From: Methylophilus sp.
GTDB lineage: Bacteria; Pseudomonadota; Gammaproteobacteria; Burkholderiales; Methylophilaceae
DNA: 32,808 nt
Direction of reading: 5' to 3'
Assembly (NCBI GenBank): GCA_035565395.1
Contig: DATMSK010000207.1
Location: forward strand, 1 to 32,808
Below, in pieces: positions 1-8,723 of the stretch; positions within the stretch are counted from its first letter, which is position 1; each line of letters opens with the position of its first letter. The position numbers and the translations under genes are program-made. The notes beneath the pieces are model-generated. The model did no database searches. It was not told where the DNA came from and was given only the letters and a program-made list of their open reading frames with translations.

Positions 1-446
1 TCCGGGGCGGTTTCCTTGCGGCTTTCGTCAAAGCGGCCACGGTATTGCAGTTCAAAATTGTTATTAAAGCCGAAGAAATCCGGCGTGCATACCGCATCAT
101 AAGCCTTGGCCACTTGCTGGGTTTCGTCCAGCAAATAAGGGAAAGGCAGCGCCAATTCGTCAGACAGTTTTTTCATGTTCTCCGGACTGTCTTCCGGGTA
201 GTCAGAGGGGTCATTAGACATGATTGCCACGGTATTGACACCTAGCGCCTGTAGCGCTTTTACATCGGCAATCAGGCGTGGCAGGATCGCTTTTACATAG
301 GGACAGTGGTTGCAGATAAACATCACCAGCAAACCGTTTGGACCCATGCCGTCGTTCAGATTGACCAGTTTTCCGTCCACATCGGGCAAATTGAATGTCG
401 GGGCTTTCCAGCCAAAATCACATACTGGGGGACTAATGCTTGCCAT
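1..446 (-). CDS. Thioredoxin-fold / AhpC-TSA (peroxiredoxin-like) protein, 3' end runs off the window
   Basis: Not in the ORF track because it is truncated. Manual translation from the ATG at 446 gives MASISPPVCDFGWKAPTFNLPDVDGK...LLVMFICNHCPYVKAI...VAIMSNDPSDYPEDSPENMK, with a CxxC (CNHC) motif. RBS-like CAGGAG lies upstream. Confidence 0.9.
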   Translation of the reverse strand, partial: MASISPPVCDFGWKAPTFNLPDVDGKLVNLNDGMGPNGLLVMFICNHCPYVKAILPRLIADVKALQALGVNTVAIMSNDPSDYPEDSPENMKKLSDELALPFPYLLDETQQVAKAYDAVCTPDFFGFNNNFELQYRGRFDESRKETAP

Positions 447-547
447 CAGAGTTGCTCCTGCCATTAAATTCAAACCATTATGGTACGTGATTAAGCCGCC
501 GAGGTGAATCTTGGCTGGTCGCCGTGCCTGTCCCCTGGCATTTTGGT

Positions 548-553
548 TACAAT
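548..553 (+). promoter_or_regulatory. Putative -10 box (TACAAT) for rsmE, 6 nt before the ATG
   Basis: TACAAT at 548-553, ATG at 560, no Shine-Dalgarno in between. Confidence 0.5.
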
Positions 554-559
554 GCCAGC

Positions 560-1294
560 ATGAGTAATTTACGATTTCATAGCCCAACTGCATTAGCAGT
601 CGGCCAGCAAGCGCCCCTGAGTGAAAATGCCATGGCACATGCAGTGCGGGTCATGCGGCTGAAGGTGGGCGATACACTGACGCTGTTTTGTGGTGATGGC
701 TTTGACTACCAATGCGCACTGACCAGCATCGAGAAAAAGTCCGCACAGGTTGAAGTATTGAGCCACATTGAAGTCAGCAATGAGTCACCGCTGACCATCC
801 GCTTACTGCAAGGCATTTCTAGTGGCGACCGCATGGATTACACCATCCAGAAAGCGGTAGAGCTAGGCGTGACCGAGATTTACCCACTCAGTACGGAGCG
901 CTGTTTGACCAAACTTAGTGGCGACCGTGCCGAGAAGCGCATTGAGCATTGGCAAGGAGTTGCCATTGCCGCCTGTGAGCAAAGCGGCCGCGCCATTGTG
1001 CCTACAGTACATGCACCACTCACACTGGCGCAATGGTTGAGCCAGCACGCCACCCCAGACTGCCTCAACCTGTTGCTCAACCCGGTCGGGGCAAAACGTC
1101 TTGCAGCATTGAGCAAACCAGCCAATGCCACGCATTTGCTGATAGGCCCGGAAGGTGGCCTGAGCCCTGCGGAAATAGCGCTTGCCACGCAACACCACTT
1201 TCAGTCTATCGTGCTTGGCCCAAGAATTTTGCGCACTGAAACTGCCGCCCTCACCGCCATCGCCAGCATGCAGTCACTTTGGGGTGACTTTTAG
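560..1294 (+). CDS. rsmE: 16S rRNA m3U1498 methyltransferase RsmE
   Basis: HAVRVMRL, QKAVELGV, AACEQSGR, LIGPEGGLS and LGPRILRTETA are SPOUT/RsmE motifs. ATG 560 is preferred over GTG 524. Confidence 0.95.
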   Translation: MSNLRFHSPTALAVGQQAPLSENAMAHAVRVMRLKVGDTLTLFCGDGFDYQCALTSIEKKSAQVEVLSHIEVSNESPLTIRLLQGISSGDRMDYTIQKAVELGVTEIYPLSTERCLTKLSGDRAEKRIEHWQGVAIAACEQSGRAIVPTVHAPLTLAQWLSQHATPDCLNLLLNPVGAKRLAALSKPANATHLLIGPEGGLSPAEIALATQHHFQSIVLGPRILRTETAALTAIASMQSLWGDF

Positions 1295-1300
1295 GCACGC

Positions 1301-2230
1301 ATGTTTCAAGTCATGTTACAGATGGCGTTACTGATTGCCGCTGGCATGCTCTGGCAGCGGCTGGCGCCTGACCATATCCCAGCCATTTCTCACAGACGTG
1401 CACTGACAGATCTCGTTTTTTATATTCTGCTACCGGCACTGGTGATTGATGTCTTGTGGCAAGCGCCGCTGGACGCAGATACCTTTAGCATCCAACTGAC
1501 CGCAATTTCCCGGCTGTCCGTGGCGGCATTACTGATGTGGCTGTGCCTGCAGGTACTCAAAAGATTCTTTGATGTTCCCCGCGCGCAGCAGGGCGCGTTG
1601 ATGCTGGCAGCGACATTTCCTAACGCCACCTATCTTGGCTTGCCGGTCACCAGCGAAGTGCTGGGAGATTGGGCGCACGAGATGGTGCTCAAATTTGACC
1701 TGTTTGCCTGCACGCCCATTCTGCTATCGCTGGGAATGCTGCTGGGACAACACTATGGCGAGGCTGCCACCAAAAGCAATCCGTTCAAGGAACTGATTCG
1801 TGTACCGCCTTTGTGGGCATTGGTGATTGCCTGCGCATTGAATCTGCTGCATGTCCCTCAACCTGAAATGATTGCGCATGCCCTACATACGCTGGCCGGT
1901 GGCGTGATTCCGCTCATGCTGGTCGCACTGGGCATGAGCATCCGCTGGGATACCTTTAAACTCAGATTGATTCCGCTACTATTGCCCGTATGTGTAATTG
2001 GTTTACTGATTGCACCCCTGGCGGCACGTTATGCCGCAATTGCCCTCGGGCTGCATGGCAACCAGTTAACTGCCTGCATCCTGCTCGCGGCCATGCCAAC
2101 CATGGTCTTTGGTATTGTCATTTGTGAGCGCTATCGCCTTGATGGCGCTCTGTATGCCGCCGCCGTCTTCATGAGTACCTTGCTCAGCATCGCCAGCCTG
2201 TCACTGTGGTTCGTCATACTTCAGCCATAA
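1301..2230 (+). CDS. AEC (auxin efflux carrier) family membrane transporter
   Basis: 309 aa with about 10 hydrophobic segments; FYILLPAL, FPNATYLGLP and AAMPT motifs are typical of AEC/Mem_trans. Confidence 0.85.
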   Translation: MFQVMLQMALLIAAGMLWQRLAPDHIPAISHRRALTDLVFYILLPALVIDVLWQAPLDADTFSIQLTAISRLSVAALLMWLCLQVLKRFFDVPRAQQGALMLAATFPNATYLGLPVTSEVLGDWAHEMVLKFDLFACTPILLSLGMLLGQHYGEAATKSNPFKELIRVPPLWALVIACALNLLHVPQPEMIAHALHTLAGGVIPLMLVALGMSIRWDTFKLRLIPLLLPVCVIGLLIAPLAARYAAIALGLHGNQLTACILLAAMPTMVFGIVICERYRLDGALYAAAVFMSTLLSIASLSLWFVILQP

Positions 2231-2400
2231 ACGCTCCATATTATTTCTCTTCAAACTCATGAAATCTCGCATGCCGTGTGAATTTTTATCAGGCACGCTG
2301 TCATACGTCATATGACGAGTAGCCAACAGGCCAGGCTGTTTTTAAGATACTGCTAAACAGTCATTCTTTCGTATTGTGTATTTGGGATTATCAGAAGATC

Positions 2401-3573
2401 ATGCCGAAAACCACGACCAACCAATATATTGCGCCGCAACCCACGCCGCCAGCCACGCTGGTCAGTCTGCTGGCTGAAACAGGCGTCACCATCAATGGCA
2501 ATGCGCCTTGGGATATCCAGGTGTATGAAGAAAGCGTATACCGTGATGTGCTGACCAAAGGTACGCTGGGACTGGGGCAGGCATTTATTGAAGGCCGCTG
2601 GGACTGTAAGCGTCTTGATGAGTTTTTCCACCGGGTCATGCGTGCAGACATTGATGAAAAAATGGGCGGCATGGCAAAACTCAAACTGCTGGGCGAAATC
2701 ATACGGCACTCGTTTTTCAACCTGCAAACACCTGACCGCGCCTACCAGGTGGCGCAACAGCATTACGATATTGGCAACGATGTATTTGAAGCCATGCTGG
2801 ACAGCAGCATGAGCTATTCATGTGCCTACTGGGAGCATGCCAGCACACTGGAAGAAGCCCAGTTCAACAAACTGGATATGATTTGCCGCAAGCTGGACCT
2901 GCAACCAGGTGACCGGGTACTGGAAATCGGTTGTGGCTGGGGCGGCCTGGCCAAGCACATGGCGAAATATTATGGGGTGCAAGTGGTCGGCATCACGGTG
3001 TCAGTCGAGCAACAGGCACTGGCTAAAGAGCGTTGCGCTGGTTTGGCAGTGGATATCCAGCTCAAGGACTACCGTGAGCTGCATGGCCAGTACGACAAAA
3101 TTGTCTCTGTCGGCATGTTTGAGCACGTTGGTCCGAAAAACTACGAGGTGTACTTTGCAACCGCGAAACGCCTGCTGAAGGACAACGGGCTGTTTTTACT
3201 GCATACCATTGGTAATTACAAAACCGCCCTGCACACGGACGCCTGGATAGACCGCTATATTTTCCCTAACGGCAAATTACCTTCTGCCAGTGAAATAACG
3301 AATGCCATTGAGCAAGAATTCCTGATTGAGGACTGGCATAACTTTGGCCCGGATTATGACCGCACGCTGATGGCGTGGTGGGACAAATTTAACCGGGCCT
3401 GGCCGGAACTACAGTTTAAATATGATGAAAGTTTTTACCGTATGTGGAAATACTACCTGATGTGTTGTGCAGGTTATTTCCGCTCGCGGCAAGGGCAACT
3501 CTGGCAACTGGTACTAAGCAAACGGCAGAGCAACCGTATTTACCGCTCGGTACGTCCGCTGCCAGCAAGTTGA
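2401..3573 (+). CDS. cfa: Cyclopropane-fatty-acyl-phospholipid synthase
   Basis: HYDIGND, MSYSCAYW, SAM-binding VLEIGCGWG, SVGMFEHVG, YIFPNG and RMWKYYL motifs. ATG 2401 is preferred over GTG 2374. Confidence 0.93.
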   Translation: MPKTTTNQYIAPQPTPPATLVSLLAETGVTINGNAPWDIQVYEESVYRDVLTKGTLGLGQAFIEGRWDCKRLDEFFHRVMRADIDEKMGGMAKLKLLGEIIRHSFFNLQTPDRAYQVAQQHYDIGNDVFEAMLDSSMSYSCAYWEHASTLEEAQFNKLDMICRKLDLQPGDRVLEIGCGWGGLAKHMAKYYGVQVVGITVSVEQQALAKERCAGLAVDIQLKDYRELHGQYDKIVSVGMFEHVGPKNYEVYFATAKRLLKDNGLFLLHTIGNYKTALHTDAWIDRYIFPNGKLPSASEITNAIEQEFLIEDWHNFGPDYDRTLMAWWDKFNRAWPELQFKYDESFYRMWKYYLMCCAGYFRSRQGQLWQLVLSKRQSNRIYRSVRPLPAS

Positions 3574-3603
3574 TGTTGACGTAGTCTCTCTGTTCTTCCT
3601 TAT

Positions 3604-3629
3604 ATGACGGCTTTTGCCGTCATTTTTTT
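3604..3629 (+). terminator. Rho-independent terminator after cfa
   Basis: Hairpin ATGACGGC-TTTT-GCCGTCAT followed by six Ts. Confidence 0.85.
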
Positions 3630-3776
3630 GCCCCAGGATTGTAATAAAAGCATTTCTTCACTACCGATACGCACCGATCGAACTCAAACAATCCCAGCCT
3701 CTGACACTGCTTGCTTATTTCTTCATCTGCAAGCTGATACAGACCTTCGCCCAATCGAGAAAACACCCTATATTAT

Positions 3777-3805
3777 TTGCAATAAAAACCATTTTTATTT
3801 ATTAT
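3777..3805 (+). promoter_or_regulatory. Sigma70 promoter of HTH-argA
   Basis: TTGCAA (3777-3782), 17-bp spacer, TATTAT (3800-3805); about 30 nt upstream of ATG 3835. Confidence 0.7.
3781..3799. promoter_or_regulatory. Palindromic operator candidate 1 (8-3-8)
   Basis: AATAAAAA-CCA-TTTTTATT is a perfect inverted repeat filling the -35/-10 spacer. Confidence 0.5.
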
Positions 3806-3810
3806 TTTGC

Positions 3811-3826
3811 AAATTAATCTTAATTT
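3811..3826. promoter_or_regulatory. Palindromic operator candidate 2 (7-2-7)
   Basis: AAATTAA-TC-TTAATTT is a perfect inverted repeat over the predicted transcription start and 5' UTR. Confidence 0.45.
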
Positions 3827-3834
3827 AACGACAA

Positions 3835-5403
3835 ATGCTTGGATCAAACATTAGAGATTTGCGTAAATCGCAAAATTTAACCTTGCAACAGTTGGCCGCC
3901 CGCATGGGTACCGATGCCAGTAATTTGTCACGCATAGAGCGCGGCGAAATCGGCATCTCCGAAGCCTTGCTGCGCGCGGCCGCACAAGCCTTGAACACCA
4001 CACCCGGCCGCCTGTACGACGCAAACCTGACACCGGTGTCGCTCACCAACACACCTCCAGCGATTCTTTCGAGTGCCAACAGCAAGGATTTTGTACACTG
4101 GTTCCGCTCAGCAGCGCCCTACATCCATGCCTTTGGCGGTAGCACGTTTGTCATTGCTTTTGGCGGGGAAGTGGTCAGCGAACAACAGTTCATCGCCCTG
4201 TCACACGACCTTAACCTGCTTGCCAGCCTGGAAGTCAGGCTGGTACTGGTACATGGGGCACGGCCGCAAATCGAGCAGCGGCTCAAACGCGACAACCTGA
4301 CACCCAAACTACATAATGGCCGGCGGATCACGGACGATGCAGCCATGGAAGCGGTAAAAGAGGCCAATGGTGCCATTCGTGTGGAAATTGAGTCACTGCT
4401 CTCCATGGGCATTGCCAACTCACCAATGGCCGGGAGTGACATCCGCGTGGCCAGCGGAAATTTTGTGACCGCCAAACCCCTGGGCGTCCGCGAAGGTGTG
4501 GACCTGCAACATACCGGCGAAGTGCGCAAGATCGATGCCATAGGCATCCAGAAACGGCTGGATGACGGCGAGTTGGTGTTATTGTCACCTATGGGCTACT
4601 CACCCACCGGCGAAACCTTCAACCTGACACTGGAAGATGTGGCCGTGAGTGCCGCGATTGCGCTAGATGCGGAAAAACTGATTTTCCTCATGGACTCAGA
4701 AGGCGTACAAAATTTACGTGGTGAACTGCTACGCGAAATGACCTCTGCCAAAGCCAAGAACCTGTTACGCAATGTGCAGGAAAGTGACGAGCCGATTCAT
4801 TACTCGGAAGATGTGAATTACTACCTGCCTGCCGCTGTACGCGCCTGCGAGCATGGCGTGGCCAGGACGCACCTGATTTCGCGCCACATTGATGGCGCCA
4901 TTATCCAGGAGCTGTTTACGCGGCAGGGCATAGGCACCATGATTACCGAGCTACCCTTGGAAACCATGCGCCAGGCCAATATTGACGATGTGGGTGGCAT
5001 CCTGATGCTGATTGAGCCACTGGAAAATGAAGGCATCCTGGTACGGCGCGGGCGCGAACGCATAGAAATGGAAATCAACTATTTTTATGTCATGGAACAT
5101 GATAACCGCGTCATTGGCTGTGCGGCCCTGTATCCATTCCCACAGGAAAAAATGGTGGAATTTGCCTGCCTGGCCATAGATCCGGCTTATCGTGGCGGAG
5201 GCCGTGGCGACAAATTGTTTAACTTTTGCCAGCAACAAGCCAGCCAAAAAGGCTTTAAAAAGCTGTTTTGCCTGACGACGCGTACCGAGCACTGGTTCCT
5301 TGAACGTGGATTTACCGAACTGGAAATAGACCAATTGCCCCAGGAAAAGCAAAAACTCTACAATTTTCAGAGAAAATCCAAAGTTTTCATCAAATCGTTA
5401 TGA
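3835..5403 (+). CDS. argA: Amino-acid N-acetyltransferase (N-acetylglutamate synthase) ArgA with fused N-terminal XRE-family HTH domain
   Basis: Residues 1-62 read as HTH_XRE (IRDLRKSQNLTLQQLAARMGTDASNLSRIERGE). Classical ArgA begins at F86 (FVHWFRSAAPYIH), followed by the AAK domain (LVHGARPQI, ELFTRQGIGT) and the C-terminal GNAT domain (IGCAALYPF, YRGGGRGD, TEHWFLERGF, YNFQRKSK). Confidence 0.95.
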   Translation: MLGSNIRDLRKSQNLTLQQLAARMGTDASNLSRIERGEIGISEALLRAAAQALNTTPGRLYDANLTPVSLTNTPPAILSSANSKDFVHWFRSAAPYIHAFGGSTFVIAFGGEVVSEQQFIALSHDLNLLASLEVRLVLVHGARPQIEQRLKRDNLTPKLHNGRRITDDAAMEAVKEANGAIRVEIESLLSMGIANSPMAGSDIRVASGNFVTAKPLGVREGVDLQHTGEVRKIDAIGIQKRLDDGELVLLSPMGYSPTGETFNLTLEDVAVSAAIALDAEKLIFLMDSEGVQNLRGELLREMTSAKAKNLLRNVQESDEPIHYSEDVNYYLPAAVRACEHGVARTHLISRHIDGAIIQELFTRQGIGTMITELPLETMRQANIDDVGGILMLIEPLENEGILVRRGRERIEMEINYFYVMEHDNRVIGCAALYPFPQEKMVEFACLAIDPAYRGGGRGDKLFNFCQQQASQKGFKKLFCLTTRTEHWFLERGFTELEIDQLPQEKQKLYNFQRKSKVFIKSL

Positions 5404-5462
5404 GTTTTTAGCTAAAATTCAGGCTGACCCCGATTGATCGCAATCGCCTGATGATTGAATGA

Positions 5463-6356
<894 letters not shown>

Positions 6357-6394
6357 GCAACCACTCACCTTCACCGTAAAAAGCACTACAACGT

Positions 6395-7051
6395 ATGTCA
6401 CGCAGGGTGTGGATTTTCGATCTGGATGACACCCTGCACAACGCATCTGCCCATATCTTTCCGGTCATGAACCAATGCATGACCCATTACATCATGCAGA
6501 CGCTAGACATGGAGGAAGCCGCAGCCCACCAATTACGCCAGCATTACTGGCGTATTTATGGCGCCACTCTCAAGGGGCTGATGCGGCACCATGGTGTGAA
6601 TCCACATCATTTCCTGGCAGAAACACACGCCTTCCTGACGGACGATATGGTACAAACCACGCGCCAGTTGAGGCAACTACTCAACAGCTTACCTGGGCGC
6701 AAATGTGTCTTTACCAATGCGCCTCGCGCCTATGCCATGCGCGTCCTTGAAGTGCTGGGCATTGCCGATTGTTTTTCACTGGTCTTTAGCGTCGAATCCA
6801 GCCGCTTTCATGCCAAACCCAGCATGCGCGGGTTCCGGATGTTACTCAGGCAATTGCGTTGCCGTGCGGCAGATTGCACCCTGTTTGAGGACAGCCTGCC
6901 CGCCTTGATGACGGCCAAGCGATTAGGCATGCGTACGGTATGGATTAGTCGCCGCTTGCACAAACCAAACTTTGTACAATATAGGTTGCCACATGTGTTG
7001 GCACTCACTCACAGCGCTCTCAAAAAAGGGCAAAATGCATTCCCGTGCTAG
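6395..7051 (+). CDS. HAD-superfamily pyrimidine 5'-nucleotidase-like hydrolase
   Basis: WIFDLDDTLH (motif I), YGATLKGL, FTNA, KP and FEDS motifs; usual argB-HAD-slmA context. Confidence 0.88.
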   Translation: MSRRVWIFDLDDTLHNASAHIFPVMNQCMTHYIMQTLDMEEAAAHQLRQHYWRIYGATLKGLMRHHGVNPHHFLAETHAFLTDDMVQTTRQLRQLLNSLPGRKCVFTNAPRAYAMRVLEVLGIADCFSLVFSVESSRFHAKPSMRGFRMLLRQLRCRAADCTLFEDSLPALMTAKRLGMRTVWISRRLHKPNFVQYRLPHVLALTHSALKKGQNAFPC

Positions 7052-7068
7052 GCGAATGCGGTTAAAAT
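7040..7068 (+). promoter_or_regulatory. Possible internal sigma70 promoter for slmA
   Basis: TTCCCG (7040-7045), 17-bp spacer, TAAAAT (7063-7068). Confidence 0.35.
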
Positions 7069-7114
7069 ACCTGCCAAATAACAACATGAATATGGGCTGA
7101 TCCTGGAAATCATT

Positions 7115-7708
7115 ATGGCAACGATCAATAAAGAAGCACGCGCAAACCGCAAGCAGCAGATTCTGGAAACACTGGCAGGCATGCTGCAAAATCCACGCGG
7201 CGAAAAGATTACCACGGCAGCCCTGGCAGCCAAGCTGGAGGTCTCTGAAGCAGCGTTATACCGCCACTTTGCCAACAAGGCAAAAATGTTTGAAGGCCTG
7301 ATTGAGTTTATTGAGGGCGCACTCTTTGGCGTCATGAATAAAATTACGACGGACGAAACCGATGGCCTTAAACAGGTACAGCTGATGCTGCAGACCATGC
7401 TCAAGTTTGCCGAACGCAATCCTGGCATGTCGCGCGTATTGATCGGCGACGCACTCGTGAATGAAGATGAATCCTTACAGGCCCGTATTAACCAGTTGCT
7501 GGACCGGCTTGAGGCCAGCCTCAAGCAGTCATTGCGTATCGCCGAAGCACAAGGCCATAAGGTTGCGGATGCGGGAATTGCGGCCAACACCCTCATCAGC
7601 TTTGTGCTGGGCCGTTGGCACGCCTTTGCCAAAAGCGGATTCAAACGTAAACCGAGTGACAACCTTGAACAGCATGTCACACAACTGATTACCAGCTGTT
7701 TGCAATAA
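7115..7708 (+). CDS. slmA: Nucleoid occlusion factor SlmA (TetR family)
   Basis: RKQQILETLAGML, KITTAALAAKLEVSEAALYRHF and KMFEGLIEFIE are SlmA-specific. Confidence 0.93.
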   Translation: MATINKEARANRKQQILETLAGMLQNPRGEKITTAALAAKLEVSEAALYRHFANKAKMFEGLIEFIEGALFGVMNKITTDETDGLKQVQLMLQTMLKFAERNPGMSRVLIGDALVNEDESLQARINQLLDRLEASLKQSLRIAEAQGHKVADAGIAANTLISFVLGRWHAFAKSGFKRKPSDNLEQHVTQLITSCLQ

Positions 7709-7729
7709 AAGATGTAGAAAGTGTCATAG

Positions 7730-7954
7730 ATGGAAAACACCGTTTTTGGGATGAACGAAGCCCAGCTCACCGAGTTTGGCATGAGTTGGGGCCTCGCTGG
7801 TCTGATTCTGTTCATCGTGTTTATTGTCGGCAACCTGGCCTGGAAGTCCAAAGCGGGTAAAACCGGGACATTTGCGTTATTTCTTGCCCTCACCTTGGGC
7901 ATGGTTGGCTTTCTGGCTAAACTGCTTATTCAGCATTACCTGGATATCCATTAA
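7730..7954 (+). CDS. Small two-TM membrane protein, DUF2788-like
   Basis: 74 aa; the FIVGNLAWKSKAGKTGT...L.LGMVGF pattern recalls DUF2788. Confidence 0.8.
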   Translation: MENTVFGMNEAQLTEFGMSWGLAGLILFIVFIVGNLAWKSKAGKTGTFALFLALTLGMVGFLAKLLIQHYLDIH

Positions 7955-8005
7955 TCCTGCTGCAGGGAGTTTCTGCACTGCGGCCATCGTTCACAAGGAA
8001 CGTTT

Positions 8006-8644
8006 ATGCAGCAGATACTCGTCTATTCTGACTCACTGAGTTGGGGCATTATTCCCAACACACGCCAGCGACTGCCATTTGACCAGCGCTGGCCCGGCGT
8101 GTTGGAAATCATACTCAATCAGCCCGGTAGCCATTTCAGGGTCATTGAAGACTGCCTCAACGGACGTCGCACCGTGTTCGAAGACCCGTATAAGCCTGGG
8201 CGCAATGGCCTGCAAGGTTTGGCGCAACGTATTGAAATCCACTCACCTTTAGCGCTGGTTATCCTGATGTTAGGGACCAATGACTTTCAGTCTATGCATC
8301 TACACCAGGCCTGGCATGCGGCACAAGGTATCGCCAGCCTGATCCACGCCATACGTCATGCGCCGATTGAACCTGGCATGCCGGTGCCGCCCATCCTGGT
8401 GGTTGCGCCACCGGCAGTGACACACCCCCAAGGCCTGATTGCGGAAAAATTTGCCGGTGCCGAAGAAAAATGCAAGGGCCTGGCCGAAGCTTATGCCGCT
8501 GTCAGCCAGTCATTGGACTGCGCTTTCTTTGATGCAGGCAGTGTCGTAAGCAGCAGCCAAATAGATGGCGTGCACCTGGATGCAGCCCAACACCTCATTC
8601 TGGGGAAAGCCATTGCCAGCCAGGTAAATCGTTTAATTGCGTAA
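8006..8644 (+). CDS. SGNH/GDSL hydrolase, arylesterase-like
   Basis: Block I YSDSLSWG, block II LNGRRT, block III MLGTND and block V DGVH; RBS AAGGA upstream. Confidence 0.9.
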   Translation: MQQILVYSDSLSWGIIPNTRQRLPFDQRWPGVLEIILNQPGSHFRVIEDCLNGRRTVFEDPYKPGRNGLQGLAQRIEIHSPLALVILMLGTNDFQSMHLHQAWHAAQGIASLIHAIRHAPIEPGMPVPPILVVAPPAVTHPQGLIAEKFAGAEEKCKGLAEAYAAVSQSLDCAFFDAGSVVSSSQIDGVHLDAAQHLILGKAIASQVNRLIA

Positions 8645-8723
8645 ATATCGCGGCCGGACTATTGCGATGCAGGCAACAGTTCGTTAGTCTCATTTAATCA
8701 GTCACAGTAAACACTTGCACGAT

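Noticed and set aside
3604-3828. Short ORFs 3604-3828 and 3614-3817 upstream of argA as possible leader peptides
   Set aside because: They start inside the cfa terminator, lack an RBS, have no Arg-codon cluster and overlap the predicted promoter.
3835-4020. XRE domain as a prophage repressor or toxin-antitoxin remnant
   Set aside because: No integrase, phage or toxin genes nearby; the domain is in frame with argA through a clean linker.
7048-7902. 284-aa minus-strand ORF opposite slmA and the DUF2788-like gene
   Set aside because: Ser/Arg-rich antisense shadow with no domain signal.
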